64,000 bases of DNA, taken from NCBI GenBank assembly GCA_965205855.1, contig OZ242184.1, positions 704,001 to 768,000 on the forward strand, given 5' to 3'. The stretch is from Thermodesulfobacteriota bacterium. Its GTDB lineage: Bacteria; Desulfobacterota_D; UBA1144; Nemesobacterales; Mycalebacteriaceae. This document shows, in pieces, positions 63,562 through 64,000 of the stretch. Each line of letters begins with the position of its first letter. Position 1 is the stretch's first letter. A program made the position numbers and the translations under genes. Below the pieces are notes generated by a model. The model did not search any database. It was not told where the DNA came from and was given only the letters and a program-made list of their open reading frames with translations.

Positions 63562-64000
63562 ATGAAAATTTTTCTTGATTCCGCAAACCTAAAAGACATC
63601 AGACACGCTGTTTCTCTTGGAGTTGTAGATGGTGTTACGACAAATCCGAGCCTTGTTTCAAATGAAGGCGGGCAGAAATCATTCGCCGATTTGATTAAGC
63701 AGATATGCAAAACGGTCAAAGGACCCGTAAGCGCGGAGGTTATATCAACCAAATATTCGGAAATGGTTGTCGAAGCCCGCTCTCTGGCTGAAATAGACGA
63801 GTTTGTTGTTGTGAAAATTCCGCTTACCGAAGACGGTATAAAAGCCACGAAAACAATAGCATCCGACGGAATCAAAGTAAATGTAACCCTTATTTTTACT
63901 CCGCTTCAGGCGTTGCTTGCGGCAAAAGCCGGAGCGGCTTATGTGAGCCCTTTTATAGGCAGGCTGGACGATGTTGCCACCTCAGGCATGGATTTGGTTG
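63562..64000 (+). CDS. tal: Transaldolase/fructose-6-phosphate aldolase (partial, runs off window)
   Basis: MKIFLDSAN...GVTTNPSL...VVKIP...NVTLIF...[11 protein letters not shown]. Confidence 0.92.
   Translation, partial: MKIFLDSANLKDIRHAVSLGVVDGVTTNPSLVSNEGGQKSFADLIKQICKTVKGPVSAEVISTKYSEMVVEARSLAEIDEFVVVKIPLTEDGIKATKTIASDGIKVNVTLIFTPLQALLAAKAGAAYVSPFIGRLDDVATSGMDLV

Overview
Positions 1-5867 hold an essentially complete phiX174-like (Bullavirinae/pequenovirus-type) microvirus prophage on the minus strand. It carries recognisable F capsid, D external scaffold, A (HUH Rep) with an overprinted B-like gene and an H pilot, plus positional G- and C-like genes, a small lipoprotein and a 59-aa single-TM gene missed by the ORF track. 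It is bounded on the right by a 28-bp dif site (5840-5867). The first 7 bases of the window look like the tail of a second, directly repeated dif arm. That implies XerCD-mediated integration of a ~5.86-kb genome and an attP-spanning promoter formed only on excision. The rest (6-64 kb) is compact bacterial housekeeping DNA, mostly transcribed toward dif: hinT, ileS, PDH, lipB, metH, thrC-moaD-like, dnaK-grpE-dnaJ, TCA genes, fab genes, nfeD/SPFH, tRNA-Leu, apgM, polX-ligA, tamB, cdsA, nfo, proA, cysC, ndk, holA, rpsT and tal. The host is clearly not an enterobacterium; my tentative impression is deltaproteobacterial/Dadabacteria-like (unverified). All homologies were judged by eye against recalled reference proteins; no searches were run.
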